Shown in pieces: positions 1 through 10,266 of a stretch of DNA of 64,000 nucleotides. The DNA is taken from positions 9,259,539 to 9,323,538 of the forward strand of contig OZ316896.1 of NCBI GenBank assembly GCA_973895155.1, written 5' to 3'. A model generated the notes under the pieces. That model had not been told where the DNA came from and did no database searches. It saw only the letters and a list, made by a program, of their open reading frames with translations. The DNA comes from Marsupella aquatica (Eukaryota > Plantae > Marchantiophyta). The translations under genes and the position numbers were made by a program. Every line of letters begins with the position of its first letter. Positions within the stretch are counted from its first letter, which is position 1.

Positions 1-2082
1 GTCTCCTGTGTAATCTTCCAAATCTTGAAGGCATTTGGCCAAAGATGTCACAGTAAAGTCTGCATCTCCAGGCCAAAGTCCAGTCAAACTGAAATGTGCA
101 TACACTCCAGGATCTCTTCCATGGGTTAACATCCTAGTAAGAGCAATAGGCAGAGGCTGACCACTACCAGAGAGGGATTTTGGAGTGGGGACCAACCTGG
201 GGATCCAAGTCTTGGCTTGATCCATCTTATCGTGAATAATGCAAAGATATTTTTGAGGATCCTTCTTTGCAAGAACCCTATGAGCATAGTAAACATATCT
301 TCTTGACATTTGTTCACGAAGATATCGCGCTCTTTTCTCTTCAATCTCTACACGCTCTTTTTTTCTCTTCTCCCGCATCAATTGATCTTTGAACTCAGTG
401 CAAAATGTGCACTTGGCAAATGCACTTCCCTTGTGAAAGTCAAAATTATCAAATGAGTTTTTCCAGATGTTGTACATAGTAACTTCAGTAACCTTAGCAA
501 ACCCATCTAACTCCATCTTGGTAAACACCTCTTGGAAAATCTCCTTCTTAGTAAAACAAGATGGGAGCCGATATTCAATAGTGTCGGTGCCGTTGGACCC
601 ACCATAGGGAAGATGTGGCATTGGTTCCCCATTTTGGATTAAAATGGACTCCAACAAGGCGCGAGCGTGCAAAGTGCTTGATCGTGTCTTCCGTTGTCCC
701 TGATTTCCATGGAAACCAATTGTGCAACTGAACCCGTGCATTTTAATAAATGCATCTTTACAAACCACACGTCCCTTTAGAACAAAAAATCCCTTTGTCT
801 TGACTTGCTCCTCTCTGCACCCAAAGAGACTAAAGATGTGACTTGTTTTGTTGTCACTTGACATTCCATGGTATTCCCTCCTCATTGCCTCTAAGTCCTC
901 CATAGGCATGTTCAAGCAACACTTCAACTTGCAACAACCTTCTCTTTGGATGGAATCAATGGACTCCTCGGTAATTTTCAAAAGTGCCCGTGACTCCAAA
1001 TGCCTTTTCTTCTTCTCCTCAAGATCCACTTTTGTCCTCTTAATGAAATTGTATGGTCTTTTTGTAGGTTTACAATCACCATCCGAATCCGGATCGCCCT
1101 CAGTTCGACCCGACTCCATCCACTTCGATGAAACTTCCTCAAGGGTATCCCCAAGAAACCTTTGAGATGAAATCAATAGAAGGGATTTGATTTCCCACCT
1201 CACCAAGCCGGGGGTACCAACACAGATATTTGGAAATAATTCAGGTTCATTGATAGTCACAACAACAACACCCACATGATCTGCACCAAGAAGCTCATCA
1301 TCAACGACACCTATTTCAAATGGGATAGTGATAACACCTGTTGCAACCTTCCGACAACGAGAAGCGTCATACAAATCAACCTCCTCTGCCATCCAGTTGG
1401 AACGTAGTGTAAAATCTTTTAATGGAAGATCATTGAATATGTTTGCGCTACCAGACACGCCATAATCTTGTAGAGTGCCTTTTCTAGAAACATGCGCAAC
1501 ATCCCACATGACCCAGGTATGCAAGGCCTCTTCTATTGTATCAGCTCCAGGGTGTGAGTATGGCAATTTTTGATTTCCCTTAACAATATCAGATATTCGT
1601 ATACTGATACGACCAACACCTAGTCTTTCAGTATGACAAATATCCATCGGATTTGTCTTGAAAACGACTCCATTTGCAACCAACTAATCAAAAATGAACA
1701 TCTGAACTTCATCTCCTTCCTTGAACACCTCCTCTTCAACCCTCGCGTCAGATTTGGATTTACCATTTCTAGCATCTCTAGCCAAAGAGAAATCATCGAC
1801 ATTGATTCTTCGACGAAGAGTTGATGACCTCAAGTATGCCAATGCACAATGCCAGATCACGCAGGAGTCAATTGCCTCAGCCAATGTAGAAAATTTTGGT
1901 GAAGGAAATGGAAGTTGATGCAATCCCTCAAAGCACTTTTTGATCAATACTCCAATTTGATTATCCCCCAGACAAATGTTCTGTATAGTATCCTGGGGGT
2001 CAACCTTTTGAACTATCCCAATTGCCACTTCAAATCCTTCAATCACCAATGAAACTTCATCCCCTTGTGTAAAGTTGATCAT
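1..2082 (-). pseudogene. DUF7869-like (Sola-like DDE) transposase with N-terminal repeats resembling the CACTA-associated DUF8039 domain; runs off the window edge
   Basis: ORF 1684-2082 continues in frame past a TAG at 1684-1686 to position 1. Hand translation gives CCKLKCC, VCKDAF, EPMPH, YRLP, FAKCTFC, YYAHR, LCIIHDKMDQAKTWIP (181-246), MLTHG and LWPGDADFTVTSL, a motif order typical of DUF7869-type transposases. The N-terminus has about three VAxG...LP...W repeats. Confidence 0.7.
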
Positions 2083-2210
2083 GATAGCGGACTATCTGTA
2101 TCCAAATCAAGTTAGATATTGTTAAGTTTTGGATGTTACAATCATGTTTCAAAATCAGGACTCTCCTCCAAAACATATTGTACAATCACTCAAAAACCCC
2201 CAACAAATTC

Positions 2211-2470
2211 AAGTTGGGTCGAACTTATTCCAACCCTCTGACAACAATATATCTTTAAATGATTGAATTGACTAACCATTTACAAGTCGGGTCGGAATTA
2301 GTTCGACCCTCCAACAATATGTCTTTAAATGATTTAATTTACTAAACATTTACAAGTTGGGTCGAAATTAGTTCGACCCTCCTCCAACAATATGTCTTTA
2401 AATGATTGAATTTACTAAACATTTACAAGTTGGGTCAGAATTATTTTGACCCTACTCCAACTATTGGGTT
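2211..2470. repeat. ~70-bp tandem repeat (about 3.5 copies), each with a short palindrome
   Basis: Unit aagttgggtcgaaattagttcgaccct...ccaacaatatgtctttaaatgattgaatttactaaacatttac. Perfect 8-bp stem gggtcgaa/ttcgaccc at 2359-2379. Confidence 0.85.
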
Positions 2471-2599
2471 GAAATTATCTCAAAACTATTCGTAGAACTA
2501 TCTTGCTTGTGCTTGTATATACCAGATTAAAACGCTAGTCAAGATAACATAGTCAAGTTGGCACGAAATAATTCCGACCCACTTCTAGAAACTATGTGA

Positions 2600-3565
2600 G
2601 TGGGCATTATCCACGTAGCTGATATGGGATTCTTCCCGGATGGGGTAACAATTGATCAGATGTTTGAGAAGACTCATTCTCAAATAAGTGGAGTTGACGT
2701 GGTGTTCAGATTTCTATATGTAAAGAAGCACATGCATGACAATGCAGACAGTGTGGACCCTCCGTCTACTTGGATAGTTCAAAGGATGATTGAGAAGGCA
2801 CATTTCTCATATGAGCAGGCCTTCGACAAGAGTTTCATTTTTTGTCCAAAGTTTCAAGAGGCCGCGTGCCGGACGTGGATTTCAGAGATGAAGAAAAAAG
2901 AAGCAAAGCATAAGGCAAAACAGAGAAAGAAGACAGTGGAAAGAAACTCGCAATCAAAGACAGAGAAGAAACGGAAGCTTTGAGAGCCACTTGTTCAAGA
3001 AGAGAAACAATCTAGGACTTCACGCTGTAAGAAGATGGCTTCAAAAAAGGATGATGATGAGGGTCTAAAGACAAAGCAAACAAAGAAGGCAAAGGTTGCA
3101 AGATCAAAACCAATGCGAGCGTCGACATCAAACTTTGTCTTGCATCCAGAGGATGATAGGTGTCCAACAGAAGGACCCGAAGAAGATGATGTGCTCAAAG
3201 CCCAAGAAGTTTTGCGTAATATTGAGCAATATTATACTTTTGGCATCCGCAAAATTTTTGATATTCCTGTCAAAAGTATTATTCCGCCATCGGCTGTTTT
3301 TGTATATCGAATGTTAAATCATTTGCATGCAATGGAGATATCCAAGTCTATGATGAAAAACCCTGGATAGGAACCACAAGTTGTTGATTTGATTCCGTAT
3401 CGCGAGAGCACTAAACAGTTGCTTCATTATGACAACACACCTCAAGATAGGAAAGAGTTTTTGATTGGTGTGAAGAAGCAGGAGATCCAATTCCTTGCCA
3501 TCAGTGGCCAGCATTCTGCAAGAGCTGCCTAATGGATCCAAGGGTGGGCCGAGATTGATGCCAAG
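2600..3565 (+). pseudogene. 5' part of a transposon cargo gene with a ParB/sulfiredoxin-like domain, interrupted by Copia
   Basis: ORFs 2600-2983 and 3035-3370 share a frame and continue through TGA/TAG/TAA stops to ...IQFLAISGQHSARAA*WIQGWAEIDAK. The pattern IPVKSI...YRML...H...I..S plus AISGQHS (3497-3517) resembles the ParB-N 'idGqHR' motif. The frame resumes exactly after the Copia TSD at 10267. Confidence 0.55.
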
Positions 3566-3895
3566 TGTTGAACTAAGATGTCATTCGCAACGACCATACA
3601 ACCATGATTCATTCCATGCACACGTAGTCGACACAATCTCTACGTGGTTCACCTTTTCTCCAAGGCTACGTCCACACAAACATTCAAGCTTTACTTCAAG
3701 AGTAGACGAACACACATGCTCTCTCTTCCTCCTGTTGCTCTGTTACAATGAGTAAGCACCACTACCCAGCGGCTTACACTAGCCCTGGTATATACAAGGT
3801 CACACACGACTAACCTAACCTCAGCTAAGACCCTAACTGTGGTTAGCCTAAATGCCGTAACCTTTGAGTCACAAGACTAAGAGTAATCCTTAACA
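3566..3895 (-). repeat. 3' LTR of Copia element 1
   Basis: Direct repeat of 9932-10261, adjacent to the PPT (gagtcaagggcgagtt on minus). Confidence 0.95.
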
Positions 3896-4099
3896 AACTC
3901 GCCCTTGACTCTAGTCTTGGGGACTGCAATTTCTACTATCCATATGAGATACTCAGCGGGAAATTCTAGACAATCACCTAAAACCATAGGTGTCCCCCTA
4001 AAAACCATTTAAGGTTAACTAAGAGTTAACTAGAATTAAGCCGTAGCCATAACAGGATTGAGTAACTCATATATAGAAATCACATCTTGTTAAGTTACT

Positions 4100-7000
4100 C
4101 TACTTGTGCTGCAAATGCAAAACCTGCAAAGTAGCACGGTGTCTTGAGTAACTCTCCAAAGAAATCACTTTGATAAAAGCATCAGCCGGGTTGAGTTTTC
4201 CATCAATCTTGACTAGCTCAAACATTTTATCAGACACTGCTTGCCTAATAAAATGGTACCTGATGTCAATGTGCTTCACCTTGCTATCCATCACCTGGTT
4301 AATAGCTAGGTGAAGCGCACTCTGGCTGTCACAATGAAGAGCCATTTTTTCATGTTCCAATCCCATCTCAGTGACCAGCTTATCCAACCAAATTGTTTCC
4401 TTTGCTGCTTCTGCTGTTGCAACATATTCTGCTTCTGTAGTAGACTGAGATACACACTTCTGCAAGGTAGATCTCCAACTTATGCATCCTCCTCCAAGAG
4501 TAAACACATACCCAGTCGTTGACCTCCTTGTTTCCAGACAGCCTCCGTAGTCAGAATCTACATAGCCAACCAAAAATTTGGTTTTGTTTGATTTACTATC
4601 AAACAATAGACCATAGTCTATTGTGCCCTTAAGATACCTGAGAATCCATTTCACAGCCTCCCAATGTACCTTCCCTGGATTTGACATGAATCTACTCACT
4701 TTGCCCATTGCTAGGGCTAGATCAGGCCTGGTACATGTCATCAAATACATTAGACTGCCCACTGCCTTCTCATAAGGAACCTTAGTCATCAAGCCTCTCT
4801 CCACTGGATCCGTGGGGCAGAAAGCCGATGATAACTTGAAATGTGGAGCCAAAGGAATACTTACTGGCTTACAATTTTCCATGTTGAATCTTGCAAGTAC
4901 CTTTTTAGCATACTTGCCTTGATTCAGCCACAATTGTCCAGTTTCAAAGTTCCTCGTAATCTCCATACCTAAGATCCTCTTGGCTTTCCCAAGATCCTTC
5001 ATTCGGAATTCAGAACTCAATTTTGCTTTGAGTTTGTCAACCTCAGTTTGATCCTTAGCCGCAATCAACATGTCATCCACATAGAGCACCAGAATGAGCA
5101 AACCAAACACACCATTCTTGACTGATTTTGTATACACACAAGGGTCATACACCATCCTAGTAAATCCTTGTGCAAGCATGAAATCATCAAACCGCTTGTT
5201 CCACTATCGAGGAGCTTGCTTCAATCCATACAAGGACTTAAGCAACCTGCAAACTAAACTCTCTTGGCCCTTCTTCACAAAGCCCAGTGGTTGCCTCATG
5301 AAAATTTGTTCTTCCAAGGTGCCATAGAGAAAAACAGTAACAACATCCATTTGATCTAACACCAGATCAAAAAACACAACAAGTTGACACAAAATTTGTA
5401 TCGTGGAATACTTGGCAACTGGAGAGAAGACCTCATTGTGATCCACTCCCTTCTCTTGAGTGAATCCCTTGGCAACAAGCCTTGCCTTGTATATCTTGTC
5501 TCCTCCATCTGAAGAGTTGTCCTTCAGCTTGTAAATCCACTTGCTATCCACCACTTGTTGATCACTTGGCAGTTGCACCAGCTCCCATGTTCTGTTGTCA
5601 CTTAAAGATTGCAACTCCCTCTGCATCGCTGCATTCCATTCATCTTTCTCGTCTGAAATGCACGCCTCATGATAAGAAGAAGGTTCTCCTTCTTCCAAGA
5701 TCAGTGCTCTGTCATCATCTTCAGGTGCAATGTCAACATCATCTAACCTTGATGAATCTGTCCATTGTCCATACCTTGTAGGAGCTCGAGTAGTACGTCT
5801 TGATTTTCTAGCTGATGATTCTGGTTGATCTTGTTCTGTTGGTTGAATTTGAGGTATTCCAACAACAACTTGCTCCTCTTATTCCAATACCGGAACCAGC
5901 TCCATTCTCGGAGCACCTCCTTCATTTATGTCATGAAAACTCTCATGACCAATCTCCCCCACAACATGGTCCAGGATAGGAGATTTATCTTTGTCAGTAC
6001 GGGAAGCCTGAGCATTCTCCCCCTCCTTTGATGATTTGGATTCATTAAAGGATACATCTCTACTGACAAGCAACGTACAAGCTTCTGGATCCCATAGCCT
6101 GTAACCTTTCACACCTGGTTGATAACCAAGAAAAAGATACTTCTTGGAAGTAGAATCTAGTTTAGATCGATTCTGCTTAGGTGTGAGAGCATATGCATTA
6201 CTTCCAAAGACTCCCAAAACCTGATAGTCTGCGTGCCGTCCATACCTCATTTCAAACGGCGTCTTGAAATTGATTGCACTTGAAGGAGAAAGATTTACCA
6301 AATAAGCTACCGTATTTATAGCTTCAGCCCAAAATTCATGCGATAAACCTGATTGGCTCAACATACTCCTCGATCGCTCCAATAGTGTTCGATTTAGCCG
6401 CTCACAAACACCATTTTGTTGAGGAGTATAAACTGTCATGAGATGACGAGTAATCCCTTGCTCTGCACAATATAGTTTAAACTCACTTGAACTGTACTCC
6501 CCGCCGTTATCTGATCGCAGATATCTCACCTTGGATCCAGTCTGATTCTCAATTTGGGCTTTCCACTTCTTAAAAGTGCCAAAAACTTCAGACTTGGCGT
6601 GTAGAAATATGATCCACACATACCGTGAGTAATCATCAATGAACGTGACATAGTACAATTTTCCAGAAAGTGAGAGAGTTGGGGCTGGACCCCACACATC
6701 ACTATGTACATACTCAAGTATAGCTTTGGTATTGTGAGTTCCAACACCAAAGGTTCTCCTGTGCTGTTTCCCAAGCACACAGTGTTCACAAAAATCCAAC
6801 TTAGTAGATTCCAAATTAGAAAGAAGTCATTTCCTGCGAAGTACCGCCAAACCCTTTTCACTCATGTGTCCCAATCTGCAGTGCCATAACTAAGTCATCT
6901 CGCCTTGAGATCTAGTTACATTGGCTTCTTCACAAATCACGTTGCCCTCCAACAAATATAGATTCCTATGCCGCTTACCCTTCATGATAACCTTGCCTCC

Positions 7001-7327
7001 GATTGACACTTGAAGAATACCATTAGCAGTACTCCACCGACATCCATTTGCTTCCAGCATTCCAAGAGAAATCAAGTTCTTTTTCATGTCAGGTATGTGT
7101 CTGACATTACTCACTGTTTGCACAGCTCCATCAAACATCCAAATTTTCACGGATCCAATTCCAACAATTTGACAAGGATGATCATTCCCCATCAACACGG
7201 AACCGGTTGATACTGAGTAAGAAGTAAAAAACTCTTTCATACAACAAATATGATAGGTACAAGCACAATCTAAAATCCATTCATCACCGTTGTTACTGGA
7301 TGAAATGCAAAGGGCAACATCTGGACT
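4100..7327 (-). pseudogene. pol: Copia pol (protease, GAG-pre-integrase/integrase, RT, RNase H), disrupted
   Basis: WILDCAC protease region (7260-7280), HSDVWGP and LRSDNGGEY integrase, KARLVAKGF and LYVDDML RT, CDSQSA/KHIDIRYH RNase H. Premature TAG stops at ~6890 and ~5204 and frameshifts near 6830 and 5870. Confidence 0.95.
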
Positions 7328-8230
7328 TCACAAGATTTTATCATCAAGCAAGTCAATCATATCAATATCAGTGGCTGCGTTCGCTGATGGTTGATGAGTC
7401 TGCTTGACTCGACAGTCTCGTTTCATGTGGCCAGGCTTGTTACATTTCCAGCATATAATTGGTTTCCTTTCTAGAGATTTCTCTCTAGACCTGGATCTAG
7501 ACTTAGACCGAGCCTTCTCCTTGCCTCTATTCCGTGAGGGGTACGTTTGTGAAAAGGACCTATTTTCACCAGTCATCCGCTGTTGAGTCCTCCCGTGGTT
7601 CACATTCAATGCCCTGCCAGATGAAGATGGTGCCTGGGCATGACCCAGTTTCTTCTGTGCATCATCTGACAACAAAGAGCTTACCACCTCATCATATGAA
7701 ATGGTTTTGAGATCTCTATACAAGAGAACCTGCTTCAAACCTTGATACGATGGGGGTAAGGAACTGAGAAGAAGCAATGCCTTATCTTCATCTTCCACTT
7801 CCTTACCAAGATTTGACAAATCTACAGCTAGGCTGTCAAATTCATCCAAGTGATCTCGAAGCTTGCCTCCTTCTTTTAGCCTCAAGCTCATCAAGAGAGA
7901 CTTCTTGCACAACCAATCTGAGGCATCCTCTCGGTAGTACTTCTCTCTGAGGGCCTTGAATAAGGATACGCAATCCTCGTAGTCGTCCAGCTTCTTAATG
8001 ATATGCGGCTTCAGATACAGCATAACCGCATTCACAACAATCACTTGCTCTTGCTTCCAATTCCTCAACGGGATCTCCTCCTCACTGCTAGACTCCTCCC
8101 AAGTCGATAGCAGATGATCTAGGCCCATAGCACGAAGAATTCCCTTAACCTGCTTCTCCCATAGCAAATAATCTGTGCGCCCATAATATTTTTCCACCTC
8201 AAACTTGACACCTCCAAACTTGGATGCCAT
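7328..8230 (-). CDS. gag: Copia gag with CCHC zinc knuckle
   Basis: 300-aa ORF with LLSSLPPSY (Copia gag) and CWKCNKPGHMKRDC; ends in TGA in frame with the protease. Confidence 0.92.
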   Translation of the reverse strand: MASKFGGVKFEVEKYYGRTDYLLWEKQVKGILRAMGLDHLLSTWEESSSEEEIPLRNWKQEQVIVVNAVMLYLKPHIIKKLDDYEDCVSLFKALREKYYREDASDWLCKKSLLMSLRLKEGGKLRDHLDEFDSLAVDLSNLGKEVEDEDKALLLLSSLPPSYQGLKQVLLYRDLKTISYDEVVSSLLSDDAQKKLGHAQAPSSSGRALNVNHGRTQQRMTGENRSFSQTYPSRNRGKEKARSKSRSRSREKSLERKPIICWKCNKPGHMKRDCRVKQTHQPSANAATDIDMIDLLDDKIL

Positions 8231-8949
8231 CGTTGTCCTCCCAACGTTCTCCTCGTGCTATTGTTGTGCTGCTCCCTATATGCTTTTTCCTTCCTTCTTT
8301 CTTGTTGACTCAAATCCAAATCACGAAAAAATGTCGTTTTTTGCAACTTTCCAAAAAACTTGAAACTTGTCACCGCCACTTAGCCCACCAACCTAGCAAG
8401 CCAACGCTGAAATCCAAAATTGAAATCGAGTTCCGACAAAAAACTTTTTTCACATTTTGGTCGGGATGGGTAAAACTCAAAAATTCTTTCCCGTTTTGAC
8501 CACCTTGGGGAATAAGAAAAATTCCAAGTACCACCCGTCGTCGGAAATTCAAATCGAGTGGTGCACCGCGTTGCTAGCTTCAGTGGCTACGTTCTCGCCA
8601 AAAAAGATCCGAAAAAAGTTATTGTTCGGACCTTGGAACCTTCGACTAAAGGCCGAAAAACAGCTCTCTGTTTTTTTGGAATATTCCTTGGACTGTGCAA
8701 CAGGTCTCACAGGGGGCCGTTCCCCCTGTCCAAGCGGTTAATTTGGTGGGTCACCGGGCCCGGGATGCCGCTTAACCAATGAGGAGCCTGGAAAGGATTA
8801 AAAAACCGGGCCTAAGGGGGTTTAAGCCCCTTAACACAAAAGTATTGTCTTAAAAAAAAGGCGCATCTGTGTCGCCTATACGCGTGACGGGCCAGGCAGT
8901 GCACAGGGGGCCGGGGAGTAAAAAACCGAGTTGAAATGGGCAGGGATGG

Positions 8950-9080
8950 AGCTGCGACGACCGGGACGTCTGGGACGGCCACGACGGTCGGGACGTCTGG
9001 GATGTCCGTACCGGCTGCGACGTCCGTGTCGGCTGCGACGTCCGCGATGGTCGGGACGTCTGGGACGGCCGGGACGTCTG
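8950..9080. repeat. GC-rich 9/18-bp degenerate tandem repeat in the Copia 5' leader
   Basis: Repeated gggacgtc / gcgacgtcc / gggacggcc units. Confidence 0.75.
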
Positions 9081-9931
9081 CCATGGGAGTATTAGCGAGG
9101 AGGAGGAGGGGATCGCCAACGGGGTATTGACAGGGGTGCAAGGGTCGCGAGGGTGTGTATACACACCACCAAAAAGGCCCTATTCTAAGGCAAAATGTGC
9201 ACAAAAAATAAATTTGTTGGGTTACTCACATTGCCGTTATCACTTTACACCAGATAAAGACTAGTTGTCGACGGGAAATGTTACCGAATTGCACCGGCAC
9301 CGTTTGCAACTCTAGCAGAGTAAAAAATTCCCGTCACGACTCCTTCACTCCGCGTCAAGTGTCAATCTTGGACTCAAAACGACCACTGCACCGCGATCTC
9401 TCCGTTGAGCCGTTGCACTTGCCGTTTCTTCCTTTGAGTTGAACGCAACGACAAGAAACCCCGCTTCAGTCAAAAGAAGACTCCATAGCCAGTCAGAAAC
9501 TCAGAACGGCTCTTTTGCTTGGTACATCGTACTCACTACACCCTCGATAGCAAACCAGCTACCGAAATGATCAGCTTTGCCCGATCTACGATTTGAGCTA
9601 AAGGTTGTGACGCCTCGTGCACCACAAAGCTCACACCGTCGGGAAAATGATCTCAGTTCCCCCCCAAAAGAACCGTCGAAGAAAACCGTCGAACATGAAT
9701 CACAAAAAATCCAGAATGACGGAAACATGAATTCCTCCGCATCATGAACTCCGTTCAGAGATTTCTTTGCACCGTCGGAAAGCCCTTGCCCCAATCTATC
9801 CGTTGAGCCCAACACCTCCAAGTTCCATGCGACAGAACTCCATGAAATTCACCAACTCTAACCGCTGGAAAAACCGTCACCAAAATTTTGATCACCTCAA
9901 CGTCACCTCCCAGGCTTGCTCTGATACCAAT

Positions 9932-10261
9932 TGTTGAACTAAGACGTCATTCGCAACGACAATACAATCATGATTCATTCCATGCACACGTATTCGACAC
10001 AATCTCTACATGGTTTACCTTTTCTCCAAGGCTACGTCCACACGAACATTCAAGCTTTACTTCAAGAGTAGACGAACACACGTGCTCTCTCTTCCTCCTG
10101 TTGCTCTGTTACAATGAGTAAGCACCACTACCCAGCGGCTTACACTAGCCCTGGTATATACAAGGTCACACATGACTAACCTAACCTCAGCTAAGACCCT
10201 AACTGTGGTTAGCCTAAGTGCCGTAACCTTTGAGTCACAAGACTAAGAGTAATCCTTAACA
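9932..10261 (-). repeat. 5' LTR of Copia element 1
   Basis: Followed on the minus strand by PBS TGGTATCAGAGC (9929-9918). Confidence 0.95.
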
Positions 10262-10266
10262 CCAAG

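Larger units (their letters stand above)
3566..10261 (-). mobile_element. Full-length, decayed Ty1/Copia LTR retrotransposon (element 1)
   Basis: 330-bp LTRs (TG...CA) at 3566-3895 and 9932-10261 with about 10 mismatches by eye. TSD CCAAG at 3561-3565 and 10262-10266. tRNA-iMet PBS at 9918-9929, PPT at 3896-3911. Domain order gag-PR-IN-RT-RH. Confidence 0.97.

Noticed and set aside
2211-2470. CRISPR-like appearance (palindromic repeats at regular spacing)
   Set aside because: The intervening sequences are repeated rather than unique spacers, there are no cas genes, and the context is eukaryotic.
2981-3532. Stop-codon recoding or RNA editing of the cargo gene
   Set aside because: Multiple stops plus frameshifts and a Copia insertion are better explained by C-to-T decay of a silenced transposon.
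8812-9204. Repetitive ORFs (DVPAV / QTSRPS / GTSGT)
   Set aside because: By-products of a GC-rich 9-bp repeat in the Copia leader, absent from element 2.
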